Source: Eubacterium sp. (GTDB lineage: Bacteria; Bacillota; Clostridia; Christensenellales; CAG-314). Taken from it: a stretch of 64,000 bases of DNA. Both the position numbers and the translations under genes were made by a program. The stretch lies in contig CAVJWC010000005.1 of assembly GCA_963653425.1 (NCBI GenBank), forward strand, positions 937-64,936, given 5' to 3'. The notes under the pieces are model-generated. The model saw only the letters and a program-made list of their open reading frames with translations, was not told the DNA's origin and did no database searches. Below, in pieces: positions 20,701-28,714 of the stretch; position 1 is the stretch's first letter, and each line of letters starts with the position of its first letter.

Positions 20701-20867
20701 ACCTCCTCGGCTACTCTTCCGAAGGAAGAACCCTTACCTACGAAAACTTCGTACACCACATCGAAGACGGTCAGACCAATATCGCAGTTTACTGCAAGGT
20801 TCTCAACGCTTCGTACAACAACTACCTGTTCAGAACTTACTTCAAGTCCTTAAACGAAATCAAATAA
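14760..20867 (+). CDS. giant surface lipoprotein: S8 subtilisin-like peptidase with PA insert fused to BspA-type leucine-rich repeats
   Basis: AGGAGG RBS. Lipobox LALFVGC. Catalytic triad read as D204 (VAVIDTGLD, codon 15369), H282 (HGTHVAG, codon 15603) and S611 (GTSMASP, codon 16590). PA-like insert ALVTRGGITFGDKQ. From about nt 18180, repeated xAFxxCxxLxxVxIPxxVxxIG units (LRR_5/BspA type) run to the C-terminus. Confidence 0.9.
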   Translation: MKNQKLTIVLMLLVLALFVGCSLNVPQNEQNDTSKTTLSVRRIDKESGFNTAFSVQSDASENLVINDYDKVSVIVEIGDGLAATYVKGSYASFADFYASEEGMALAAEMKATRESAMAEVAALGADLNGAYTYTTLLNGFSAVIEFGKIDEIEKLACVKSVEISEEYSAPEVTVSSVNELFGGDGIFDNETQYKGEGTLVAVIDTGLDYDHDAFQKEPDVQVMTLSDLEKVYQYTNAYYLTEMDASDYYLSGKIPFAFDYADEDCNVKPSDYAGRNVDAAPHGTHVAGIILGNNDEIQGAACNAQLAMMKVFSDAGATSNITIVAALEDCVVLGVDMANLSLGATCGYSVARDSSAEQMNRIMALAEDAGLSLFCASGNYNTAHHDTSYNSLVLNENPDNGVVSAPASYRPALSVGSVNSSRKLVASVDNGSKTVELIDSVDANGSAYRFIEILGEEREKTFEYVVVPGYGEDADYEGIDVTGKIALVTRGGITFGDKQLIAAEHGAVACFILNTSTEGVRAQIADLAIPTVVVSVSDAEVLKNATVKNVTINEDSELFIRSYFSSMGALPDGTIGVDLMGVGGNVYSSVLHSYAVAQGLDDDYATMSGTSMASPNVTGVAAAVTSYFKQNYPYLTNAQIRDMLYALLMSTADVVKDSDGHALSPRMQGAGVANVYNAINSSAYLKVANTPLSKLSLGSDVEKEGIYTLRFSVVNFGEEDITYNVTADAYSEKTSQGYILGQPYAFDDASYVVYADGELVEDNNVTVKAGTMLSLKVIVTITDADKEYMDRYFKNGIYVEGFVYLKTEEDSDLSIPYMAFYGDWYGSMPLFDGVTGGSSQMSTTGPSYNVTYKFNGSGAGLILPKDYTAFPYTVADGYTTPANSDKFLGIGKEFGVDSVVVTTLRNLTDFGLYFTDAITGEYLLYGEFGSLIKAYNYYGSQVVNVRAEFSEEEEKVNANNYNLANNQRVTMMMYGTFEDKTTQTLYWNFFVDYENPTILKAEKEEKDGKTLLNLSAYDNGTMIALKLYTEKDGKAIDLLNDTVIPLSDTSVAGADNNYVIDITPYLANIVDNTLIVEVVDSARNTSSYVMDLTGAETTDAVIGNVESSETDQVYYISSEMFAQDETQISAYDPAKPEFEVEGTVLVAYNGQGGDVVIPSDLGITSIGKKAFYGNETITSVVIPEGVTLIGEASFSRCYNMTKIVLSSTVDTLDDEAFYGCVKLGDINLEDAQITSYNRMSLGGNKALTTITIPAVNGIVSMSGAFYACMNLEEIIVDAQLGRCTSEFNFCPKLKKITFNAPVAQLVNACFNYLDGLEELNFMSTVTEIGGYTYIKYANRYVLYFTACGLKSLKTINFYGDVKKITGLAFNTCENLENVTFYGNIPEKNLSAFGNCPKLSGGFTLGEGNDNYIKDESGAIYNLDKTKMYNPNCWEPDGEFVLPETITSLEARMFADSEKMLSTNMGTVTVSDDGIVDFVGMMQTGDNKPTRTKFTNIVLHDGITAIPDECFSNNINLTFDLSNITSFGKYCLRNTGFTSIVLGDNVTKIDYAPWIECAKLTELSISEKTNVTGFYYWYSGTGFTTIEIPSYINVSEANYLVQNNYNVTEITLPEGTTTLPYYFAYNCPNLVSVKNTESVEIVRAGAFSACTSLKSIDLPNVTTIETAFNGCTSLEYANYGDKLTSLGALAFEGCSSLKKIYYPAGLKVNVFNVFSVFTGVEEFVVDSENTMYASDDYGVLYNKRMNYIVAYPLANQQEEYVAPDSAMSMTASTFAYAPYLKKVSLPNVRAIADTAFRDSALEEIYAPNAGTIGYGAFMNTNLKAYDFSNTSLIYSDAFRNSKIQEVVLYDCLEYISSTVFAYCSDLRRVVIPANAPEIIFSSVFEGCLDIEEIVIEEGYQYLVEENDFIMNVDKTQLYYSFNDSEEVVIPEGVIYVGTNAFANSTNLKSVVLPSTLKQIGSKAFYGCTNLEKVTFLSEQAPDLLGYSSEGRTLTYENFVHHIEDGQTNIAVYCKVLNASYNNYLFRTYFKSLNEIK

Positions 20868-20899
20868 GACCTGACAAGTAGCAAAAAACAACTTAAAAA

Positions 20900-20924
20900 G
20901 GACTGCCTCGGCAGTCCTTTTTTT
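20900..20924 (+). terminator. rho-independent terminator after the S8-LRR gene
   Basis: ggactgcc-tc-ggcagtcc followed by ttttttt. Confidence 0.7.
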
Positions 20925-21420
20925 GTGCTTTCTTTTTCCCCTACTTTCTTCAGAGAAGAAAGCAGGCAAAGACCGGCGTGACGCCGGACCCATTGTAGCT
21001 TCGCAAGACTATACAATTCTGTAGCCGAATGTTTTCCGTTCTTTCCTGAAAGAAAGAACCAAAGAACTTTCGGCTTTTTTGCAAAAAAGCCTACCAAAAA
21101 ACCTCAATGTTTGACATAATGAAAGTTTCTTCGCTTACTTTCTTTTTGCAAAGCTCGCATTACCTCGGCGGATACGCGAAGCTCAATGAAAGTTTCTTTG
21201 CCTTCTTTCTTTTCGAAAGAAAGAAGGTTTCTTCGCAGAAGAAAGTAGGAAGCGGTCGCCACAAGTTTCTTTGCCTACTTTTCATAAAGTTCGCATTACA
21301 TTAACGGTTACGCGAAGCTCAATGAAAGTTTCTTTGCTTACTTTCTTTTCTTAAAGAAAGTAAGATTCGGCATTTATCGAAGAAAAGCGAGTAAAAGCGA
21401 CTTCTTTGCGCTTACGACTT
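20925..21420. repeat. H-family palindromic mosaic repeat, locus 3
   Basis: Chain of CTTTCTT...AAGAAAG hairpins. Positions 20966-21106 are the reverse complement of 52972-53115 at roughly 90 percent identity by eye. Internal direct duplication of aagctcgcattac...gcgaagctcaatgaaagtttctttgc. Confidence 0.7.
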
Positions 21421-21560
21421 CGTGTTAAAATCAGACAAAAGACGTTTTTACAAACCGTTTCGTTTTGACGGGAACGCTGAACCGTTTCGGTCTGACGGAA
21501 CGCTGAACGGTTTCGTTTTGACGGGAACGTCGTACGGTTTTGTTTACAGGAGGAAATGCG

Positions 21561-23876
21561 ATGAGCGGGGCGGAAGTTTTATTCGGCGAAGAGAAGAGGA
21601 ATTACAGGGAAGAGGCGTTGAGCGCGGTTCTTTACGGCGCGCTTTATTTCGTTATGTACAAGACTCACGCGGAGATAGGGTTGAGTCTTGCGCTCGGGGC
21701 GTACTCGGCGACGTTGACGACGAAAAAGGGATTTCTTTTTCAGACGACGGCGTTTTTGTTGGTTTCGGCGTTTTTTACGTCGGGTTTTCCGTGGGCGGTG
21801 CTGGGTGCTTTCGTAATCGCGCCCGCGACAGCCTTTGCCGGGGCGAAGATGAAGGAAAAGGGAAGCAAGACGATTTGTTTCGTGCTTCTATGTCTATCCC
21901 AAATAGCCTATATTCTCGTAGCAAAGGGCGGACAACAGATTGCGGAAAGAATACTCGGTCTGCCCGTTTCGGTAGGTACGGCTCTTTGTATAAGCGAAGT
22001 TTTAAGGGAAACGGATGCAAGAGGAATGAGATTTATTCCGCAGGGGAAACTGCTTCTGAGCGTCTGCGTGAGCGTAGGACTTATAGCGGGAGGAATAGAA
22101 CGGACGACGCTTTTCGGAACGTCGCTTTCCTGCCTTTTCGCGCCTGCCGTGGTGCTTTTCACGGCGAGGGTTTTCGGCAGGGGAAAGGCTATGCTTACGG
22201 CTTTTTGCGTGGGAACGGGGTGCGCGCTTTTTTCGGGCGACGTTACGGGGCTTGCTTTGTGGCAAGCCGTGGGAGCGGTCGTAGCATTGTTTGACGGCAA
22301 AAAGGTTTCGGCTTTGGCTTCGGCGGGAGTAATAGTGGCTTTCGGGTGTTTGTGGGGCAGTTTCGCGGAGAACATTCTCTTTACGGTAACGGGCGCGCTT
22401 TCGTCGCTGTCTTTTCTTTTGTGGGGCGGAAAGTTCCTTTCTTCGGTTAAAAGCCGTATAATTACGAACGAAAAGACCTCTTCCGCCTACGTAATCAACC
22501 GCAGACGGGATAATTTGTCGGGCAGACTTTTCGAGTTGTCCGAAGTGTTTTTCGCCCTGTCCAAGAGTTTCAAGGCTATGGTGCGGGGCGTTATGCCGGC
22601 GGAGAAAGCCGTAGAAACTATAATTTGCGACGTAAGCGAAAGGGTGTGCGGGAATTGCAACGACAGAGTGAGATGTTGGAGAACCATGCGACAGGACACG
22701 CAGAAAGGCTTCGATACGGTTACAAGAGCAGCTCTCGACAAAGGCAGAGCCACCGTTATAGACGTAAACAACTCGCTCGTCGCAAGATGCGGAAGAATAA
22801 CCAGCGTTATCGCCGAAGTCAACGCTCAGGCGGACGCTTATAAACGCTACTACGCAATGACTATAAATTCCGACAACGGCAAAAGCCTTATAGCCGAACA
22901 GATGATGGGAGTATCGACGATTTTAAGTAAACTCGTCGCGGACAGCAGAAAAACCGTCTTTTCCGACGAAAGCAAAGACAGGGAAATATCCGAAAGACTT
23001 TCTTTATACGGAATTCTCTGTAAGGAGGCGACGCTTATCGGGGACGGAAACGATTTTTGCGTCCTTCTCGTTGCGGATTCGGGCGACGTTAAGAAGAAAG
23101 GCTTTTCGGAAAGAGTTTCGGAAGCCGTAGGACTTCCCCTTATGATAGACAAGGTTGAAAACGCCGAAGAAGAGGGATGGAAAGTCGTTCATTTCGTTCC
23201 CCGTCCGACCTACGACGTTACCTTCGGGTTTGCCTGCGAAAAGAAGAGCGGAAGCGACGTTTCGGGCGATACGCACAGCTTCCTGAAAATCGACAGCGGA
23301 AGGTTTTTGCTGGCTTTATGCGACGGAATGGGAAGCGGAAAGGAAGCCGAAGAAGCTTCGTCGCGCGCAGTTTCTATGGTCGAAAACTTCTACAAGGCGG
23401 GTTTCGACAACGACACCGTGCTTTCGGGCGTAAACAGATTGCTTTCGTCGGCGGGGGACGACAGATTCACGGCTGTGGACATCGCGCTTATAGATTTAAG
23501 AAACGGACTTGCAGACTTCATAAAGATAGGTTCGCCCGCAGGTCTTATAAGGCAACGAAACGGCGCGGAATTCATAGACGGAGGCTCGCTTCCTATGGGC
23601 GTTCTGGACGAAATGCGCCCCGTCATTACCAAAAAGGCTTTATCGGAAGGCGACTGCGTTTATCTCTTTTCCGACGGAACGGAACTTGCCTTTTCGGGCA
23701 GACAAAATCTCGGAGCTTTCGTTTCTTCGCTTGAAAAGGCTTCTCCGCAGGAACAGGCGGACGCCATAATGGAAAGGGCTTTGTCGCTTTGCCGTGAACC
23801 CAAGGACGATATGACGGTAATCGTCGCAAAACTCGTTAAAAGCCGAATTGACGCCCCTCCGCAAAAGCCGAATTAA
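21561..23876 (+). CDS. spoIIE: stage II sporulation protein E (PP2C phosphatase)
   Basis: Start set at ATG 21561, 6 nt after AGGAGGA. Polytopic N-terminal membrane domain and central regulatory region. C-terminal PP2C domain (SGDTHSF...ALCDGMGSGKEAEEAS...DDMTVIV). Confidence 0.9.
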   Translation: MSGAEVLFGEEKRNYREEALSAVLYGALYFVMYKTHAEIGLSLALGAYSATLTTKKGFLFQTTAFLLVSAFFTSGFPWAVLGAFVIAPATAFAGAKMKEKGSKTICFVLLCLSQIAYILVAKGGQQIAERILGLPVSVGTALCISEVLRETDARGMRFIPQGKLLLSVCVSVGLIAGGIERTTLFGTSLSCLFAPAVVLFTARVFGRGKAMLTAFCVGTGCALFSGDVTGLALWQAVGAVVALFDGKKVSALASAGVIVAFGCLWGSFAENILFTVTGALSSLSFLLWGGKFLSSVKSRIITNEKTSSAYVINRRRDNLSGRLFELSEVFFALSKSFKAMVRGVMPAEKAVETIICDVSERVCGNCNDRVRCWRTMRQDTQKGFDTVTRAALDKGRATVIDVNNSLVARCGRITSVIAEVNAQADAYKRYYAMTINSDNGKSLIAEQMMGVSTILSKLVADSRKTVFSDESKDREISERLSLYGILCKEATLIGDGNDFCVLLVADSGDVKKKGFSERVSEAVGLPLMIDKVENAEEEGWKVVHFVPRPTYDVTFGFACEKKSGSDVSGDTHSFLKIDSGRFLLALCDGMGSGKEAEEASSRAVSMVENFYKAGFDNDTVLSGVNRLLSSAGDDRFTAVDIALIDLRNGLADFIKIGSPAGLIRQRNGAEFIDGGSLPMGVLDEMRPVITKKALSEGDCVYLFSDGTELAFSGRQNLGAFVSSLEKASPQEQADAIMERALSLCREPKDDMTVIVAKLVKSRIDAPPQKPN

Positions 23877-23929
23877 CGCCCGTTTGTCGGAACGCAAACG
23901 CAAAAAGCGACTTTTGAACCGAAAAATCC

Positions 23930-24140
23930 GAACCCAAAAAAAGAAACTTTCAGGGTAAAAACAACCCTTTCGGCTGAAAAAGAGGCTTTCGGGGTAAAAA
24001 CAATCGCTTTACGGTAAAAACAGTCTTTGCAAGGAAAACTTTCGTTAAGGATTCGGAAAAACTTGCCGGTCGCTCGGCAACGCGTATCAATTGTTTAAGA
24101 ACACGTACCAATCGAAAAAACGCTTGCCGGTCGCTTGGTA
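23930..24140. repeat. degenerate tandem repeats
   Basis: ctttcgg(g)gtaaaaaca units x4, then cttgccggtcgctYggYaacgc x2. Confidence 0.45.
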
Positions 24141-24227
24141 ACGCTTTTGGAAGAGAAATTTTTACGTTTGTTTTCACCGAAAAAAGCGACTTTTCGGGAA
24201 TTACGAAACCTGCGTTTGCGGCAATAC

Positions 24228-24256
24228 TTGACAAAAGCAAAAAAAAGGTATAAAAT
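24228..24256 (+). promoter_or_regulatory. sigma-A type promoter for pgk-tpiA-gpmI
   Basis: TTGACA, 17-nt spacer, TAAAAT. Confidence 0.55.
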
Positions 24257-24419
24257 GAAACCGTATTACCGCTTGACGGCGTTTTCCGACGTCCGTTACG
24301 AAGACAAGGTTTCTTCGTCCCGAAAAAATCGGCGTTATAAGCGACGCCTCGATTGCGAAAAGGAAAAAACTTTCGTTTCACGGTAATCATGCTGAGGAAA
24401 ATAGACAGGAGGCTTTATT

Positions 24420-25607
24420 ATGAACTACAATAAAAAGACCATAAAAGATATTGACGTTTCGGGAAAACGCTGTCTTGTGAGAGTGGACTTCAACGTTCCG
24501 CTGGACGAAAACGGAAACGTTACCGACGACAACAGAATAGTCGGCGCGCTTCCTACTATTAAATACCTTATCGAAAAGGGCGCAAAGGTTATTCTTTGTT
24601 CGCACCTCGGACGTCCCAAGGGAAAGGTGGATATGAAATATTCTCTTGCGCCGGCGGCAAAGAGACTTAAAGAGCTGGGCGTAGACGTTACGTTAAGCAG
24701 TGACGTTACGGGACCTTGCTCGGATAAACTTGTTTCCGAAATCAAATGCGGTCAGGTTATTATGCTTGAAAACCTGAGATTCTGCCCCGAAGAAGAGAAA
24801 AACGACAGAGAATTTTCCCGTAAACTCGCAAGTTACGCCGACGTTTACGTAGACGACGCTTTCGGAACGGCTCACAGAGCGCACGCTTCCACGGCAGGCG
24901 TAGCCGAATTCGTGAAAGTCGCGGTAGCCGGACTTCTCGTTGCGCGCGAACTCGAAATAATGGGCGGAGCTTTAGCCGATCCCAAGAGACCTTTCGTTGC
25001 CGTTCTCGGCGGAAGCAAGGTTTCGGACAAAATCGGAGTTATCGAAAACCTGCTTAATAAAGTGGATTACCTTCTTATCGGCGGAGCTATGGCTTATACC
25101 TTCGAAAAGGCTCTCGGCAAAAACGTAGGCAATTCCAAGCTCGAAGAGGACAAAGTCGAACTCGCTTCTTCTCTTATGAAAAAAGCCGAAGAAAAGGGCG
25201 TTAAGTTTATGCTTCCCATAGACACGGTAGCCGCAAAGGAATTTTCCGACGATTCCGAATACAAGACCGTGGAAGGCGATATTCCCGACGGATATATGGG
25301 ACTGGATATAGGCGAAAAGACCGTAAAGGCTTATGCGGATATAATTCTTAAAGCAGGTACCGTCGTATGGAACGGACCTATGGGCGTTTTCGAAATGGAA
25401 AACTTCGCGAAAGGCACCAAAGGCGTGGCTCAGGCTATGGCGGACAGCAACGCGGTAACCATCGTAGGCGGAGGAGATTCCGCGGCAGCCGTTATTCAGA
25501 TGGGCTACAAGGACAAAATGACTCACATCAGCACGGGCGGAGGCGCAAGTCTCGAATTCCTCGAAGGCAAAGTTCTTCCCGGAATCGCCTGCCTTAACGA
25601 TAAATAA
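24420..25607 (+). CDS. pgk: phosphoglycerate kinase
   Basis: 395 aa. [17 protein letters not shown] and GGGDSAAA motifs. AGGAGG RBS. Confidence 0.97.
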   Translation: MNYNKKTIKDIDVSGKRCLVRVDFNVPLDENGNVTDDNRIVGALPTIKYLIEKGAKVILCSHLGRPKGKVDMKYSLAPAAKRLKELGVDVTLSSDVTGPCSDKLVSEIKCGQVIMLENLRFCPEEEKNDREFSRKLASYADVYVDDAFGTAHRAHASTAGVAEFVKVAVAGLLVARELEIMGGALADPKRPFVAVLGGSKVSDKIGVIENLLNKVDYLLIGGAMAYTFEKALGKNVGNSKLEEDKVELASSLMKKAEEKGVKFMLPIDTVAAKEFSDDSEYKTVEGDIPDGYMGLDIGEKTVKAYADIILKAGTVVWNGPMGVFEMENFAKGTKGVAQAMADSNAVTIVGGGDSAAAVIQMGYKDKMTHISTGGGASLEFLEGKVLPGIACLNDK

Positions 25608-25744
25608 GCGTTCTTATAAGGAACGCTGCGCGCCGTAAACGGAGCCATAAAGAGCTTTGCGTTTACGCCGTATGCGATAAAGAATATCGCGTCCTGCGTT
25701 CCGTTAAACGCTTCACAAATTCACATTCTCGGAGGACGATAGTA

Positions 25745-26500
25745 ATGAAAGTTATAGCGGGAAACTGGAAAATGAATAAAATCGCGGCGGAAACCACGGA
25801 ACTTATAAACGCAATCGCGCCCGCCGCAAATCAAGCCGATTGCAGAGTAATAGCCTGCGTTCCCTACACGGATTTAAGAGCGGCTATGTCTGCCGCCGAC
25901 GGAACCAAAGTCCATATCGGCGCACAAAACGTTCATTGGGCGGAAAACGGCGCGTTTACGGGCGAAATAAGCGTTGCCATGCTTAAAGAAATCGGCGTCG
26001 AATACGTAATTATAGGTCACAGCGAACGCCGTCAGTATTTCGGAGAAACCGACGAAACCGTTATGAAACGCGCGCTTGCTGCCATCAACGGCGGTCTTAA
26101 TCCCATTATCTGCATAGGCGAAACCCTTGCCGAACGTCAGGCGGACAAAACTCAGAAAGTCCTCGAATCTCAGCTCGTGGGCGGTCTTAAAGGCATCGAC
26201 GCCAACAAAATCCAAGGCGTTATCATAGCCTACGAACCCGTCTGGGCTATCGGTACGGGCAAAACCGCTACCGCCGACGAAGCAAATAACGCTATCGGCT
26301 ATATCAGAAAAATACTCGGCAAAATGTACGGCGACGACATCGCTAAACATACTCCCATTCTCTACGGCGGTTCCATGAACGAGAAAAACGCCGAGGAATT
26401 GCTCTGTATGCCCCATATCGACGGCGGTCTCATAGGCGGCGCAAGCCTCGTCCCCGAAAAATTCAACGCCATCATCTCCGCCGCTAAACGCGACGAGTGA
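25745..26500 (+). CDS. tpiA: triose-phosphate isomerase
   Basis: 251 aa. GNWKMN, IIGHSERR and AYEPVWAIGTG motifs. Confidence 0.97.
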   Translation: MKVIAGNWKMNKIAAETTELINAIAPAANQADCRVIACVPYTDLRAAMSAADGTKVHIGAQNVHWAENGAFTGEISVAMLKEIGVEYVIIGHSERRQYFGETDETVMKRALAAINGGLNPIICIGETLAERQADKTQKVLESQLVGGLKGIDANKIQGVIIAYEPVWAIGTGKTATADEANNAIGYIRKILGKMYGDDIAKHTPILYGGSMNEKNAEELLCMPHIDGGLIGGASLVPEKFNAIISAAKRDE

Positions 26501-26791
26501 TGCCTTCCCTTCTTTCTTCTGCGAAGAAAGAAGCAAAGACGCACCTACTTTCTTTAGAAAAGAAAGTAGGCAAAGAAACTTTCACCGTGGGGGCATTGAA
26601 AGACAACAGGCAGTCCGTTAACAAAAAAAGTCTGTAACTAAGGGGAAAGTATCAATTCTTAATAAAGTTTATTCAGAACGACGCCTTTCCCCACAATGAA
26701 GTTCTTTGTGCAACTTTCTCGAAAGAAAGTTGCAAGTTCTTTGGTACTTTCTTTCAAGAAAGTACGAAAACACACGAAAAGAGATTGATAT
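26501..26791. repeat. H-family palindromic mosaic repeat, locus 4 (inside the glycolytic operon)
   Basis: cttctttcttc-tgc-gaagaaagaag, ctactttcttt-aga-aaagaaagtag, gcaaagaaactttcaccgtggg, core gtatcaattcttaataaa, gttgcaagttctttgg, gtactttctttcaagaaagtac. Confidence 0.7.
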
Positions 26792-28330
26792 ATGGAAAAG
26801 AAGAAGATGACGGCTCTCGTTATAATGGACGGGTACGGATACGCGCCTGACGGCGAGGGCAATTGTATAGGAAGCAAAGGCAGCAGGTACGTCAGGTATC
26901 TTACGGAGAACTATCCGAGCGCGACGCTTGAGGCGTCGGGACTTGCGGTAGGGCTTCCCGCGGGGCAGATGGGCAACAGTGAAGTAGGCCATCTCAACAT
27001 CGGTGCGGGCAGGATAGTTTATCAGGAGCTTACGAGGATAAGTAAGGACATAGAAGACGGCGAGTTTTACAGAAACGAAGTTCTTTTGACTGCGGTAAGG
27101 AACGCGGCTGAGAAGGGAACGTCCGTGCATTTTATGGGCTTGCTTTCCGACGGAGGCGTACACAGCCACATAACGCATTTATACGCGCTTCTGGAACTTG
27201 CGAAGAGAGAAGGCGCGAAGAAAGTTTACGTTCATTGTTTTACCGACGGAAGAGACGTTTCGCCCACGAGCGGAGCGGGTTTCGTGCATGAACTCAAAGA
27301 AAAGATAAAGGAAATCGGCGTAGGCGAGATAGCTTCTGTGTGCGGAAGATATTACGCTATGGACAGAGACAATCGTTGGGACAGAGTGGAAAAAGCCTAC
27401 GATATGTTGACTTTGGGAGAAGGCAAGGTTTGCCTTGACGCCGAAGACGCGCTTAACGAAAGCTATAAGGAAGGCGTAACCGACGAATTCGTGGTTCCTA
27501 CGCCCGTATATAAGGACGGAAAGCCCGTAGGTACGATAAACGACGGCGACAGCGTGGTATTTTTTAATTTCAGACCGGACAGAGCGAGAGAAATGACCCG
27601 TCAGCTCACGCAGAAAGAGAAAGGATTTACGCCGAAGAAAGAAGTAAAAGACCTTTATTACGTATGTTTCGCGCGTTACGACGACTCTTTTACGGGCATA
27701 GAAATAGCTTTCAAGCCTCAGACGCTTAAAAACACGCTGGGAGAATATCTTGCTTTAACGGGCAAAACTCAGCTTCGTATAGCCGAAACGGAGAAATACG
27801 CGCACGTTACGTTCTTCTTCAACGGAGGCGTGGAAGAACCCAACAGGAACGAAGACAGAATTCTCATTCCGTCGCCCAAGGTAGCGACTTACGACCTTCA
27901 GCCCGAAATGAGCGCGTACCTCGTTACGGAAAGGGCGGTAAGCGAGATAAAGAGCGGAAAGTACGACGTTATGATTCTTAACTTCGCAAACTGCGATATG
28001 GTAGGACATACGGGCGTTATAGAAGCGGCTAAAAAAGCCGTTAAAGTCGTTGACGAATGCGTCGAAAAAGTCGTTACGGCTATTTTGGAAGAGGGCGGAC
28101 AGGTTTTCGTAACGGCAGACCACGGCAACGCCGAAAAACTTCTGGACGAAAACGGAAAGCCTTTTACCGCGCATACGACAAACCCCGTTCCGTTTATCTA
28201 CGTAAGCGACAGAAAGAACGTTAAGGTTGAAAGCGGAAAGCTTTGCGACATCGCGCCCACGATGCTCAGCGTTATGGGACTTCCCGTTCCAAAGGAAATG
28301 ACGGGTAAAGTCCTCGTCAGCGAGAAATAG
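26792..28330 (+). CDS. gpmI: 2,3-bisphosphoglycerate-independent phosphoglycerate mutase
   Basis: 512 aa. MGNSEVGHLNIGAGR and ADHGNAE motifs. Confidence 0.97.
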   Translation: MEKKKMTALVIMDGYGYAPDGEGNCIGSKGSRYVRYLTENYPSATLEASGLAVGLPAGQMGNSEVGHLNIGAGRIVYQELTRISKDIEDGEFYRNEVLLTAVRNAAEKGTSVHFMGLLSDGGVHSHITHLYALLELAKREGAKKVYVHCFTDGRDVSPTSGAGFVHELKEKIKEIGVGEIASVCGRYYAMDRDNRWDRVEKAYDMLTLGEGKVCLDAEDALNESYKEGVTDEFVVPTPVYKDGKPVGTINDGDSVVFFNFRPDRAREMTRQLTQKEKGFTPKKEVKDLYYVCFARYDDSFTGIEIAFKPQTLKNTLGEYLALTGKTQLRIAETEKYAHVTFFFNGGVEEPNRNEDRILIPSPKVATYDLQPEMSAYLVTERAVSEIKSGKYDVMILNFANCDMVGHTGVIEAAKKAVKVVDECVEKVVTAILEEGGQVFVTADHGNAEKLLDENGKPFTAHTTNPVPFIYVSDRKNVKVESGKLCDIAPTMLSVMGLPVPKEMTGKVLVSEK

Positions 28331-28488
28331 CGAAAAAACGAGCCGAAAGAACGGAATTCCCCTATAAAGCAGACAACGGTTTACAGGTAAGCGGACGCAC
28401 GAAGTTTTATAAACCGTTTATAAGTACTATCAGGTTTATAAAACCGTTTGCGGGGACGGGTAAGTTCCGAGGTTAATATGACGAGATT

Positions 28489-28522
28489 AACGGTTGCGGA
28501 TTTTCTTCCGCAACCGTTTTCC
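28489..28522 (+). terminator. terminator-like hairpin after gpmI
   Basis: aacggttgcgga-ttttct-tccgcaaccgtt (12-bp stem), followed by a short T run. Confidence 0.55.
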
Positions 28523-28606
28523 GTAGAAAATCGGGGCAAAAAGCTTCCGTTTGATTAACTTTCTGTTAAAAAAATAAAAATTTCGGGTTAAACTCGGCGA
28601 AAATCG

Positions 28607-28635
28607 TTTACAAAAATCGAAATTAAGGGTAATAT
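28607..28635 (+). promoter_or_regulatory. sigma-A type promoter for adk
   Basis: TTTACA, 17-nt spacer, TAATAT. Confidence 0.5.
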
Positions 28636-28714
28636 ATATATTGGCGGCGTTTGTACCGCAAAAAAAAGGATTGGTTCCCCAAGGCTAAGTCTCGCGGGAT
28701 ACGAAAGGTGAAAG

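Noticed and set aside
14736-20759. 2007-aa ORF on the minus strand
   Set aside because: It is exactly codon-aligned antisense to a gene with a clear S8 catalytic triad, lipobox and RBS. Its translation is low-complexity (V/F/G/N-rich) with no motifs. It is explained by the absence of TTA/CTA/TCA codons in the sense gene.
20925-21420. Possibility that the hairpin clusters are CRISPR arrays
   Set aside because: The units differ in sequence and length, are themselves palindromic, and are not separated by unique spacers of constant length. No cas genes lie nearby.
21422-22294. 290-aa ORF upstream of and overlapping spoIIE in another frame
   Set aside because: Arg/Gly-rich out-of-frame translation of the spoIIE membrane domain plus tandem-repeat DNA. 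The spoIIE frame has an RBS and coherent TM and PP2C architecture.
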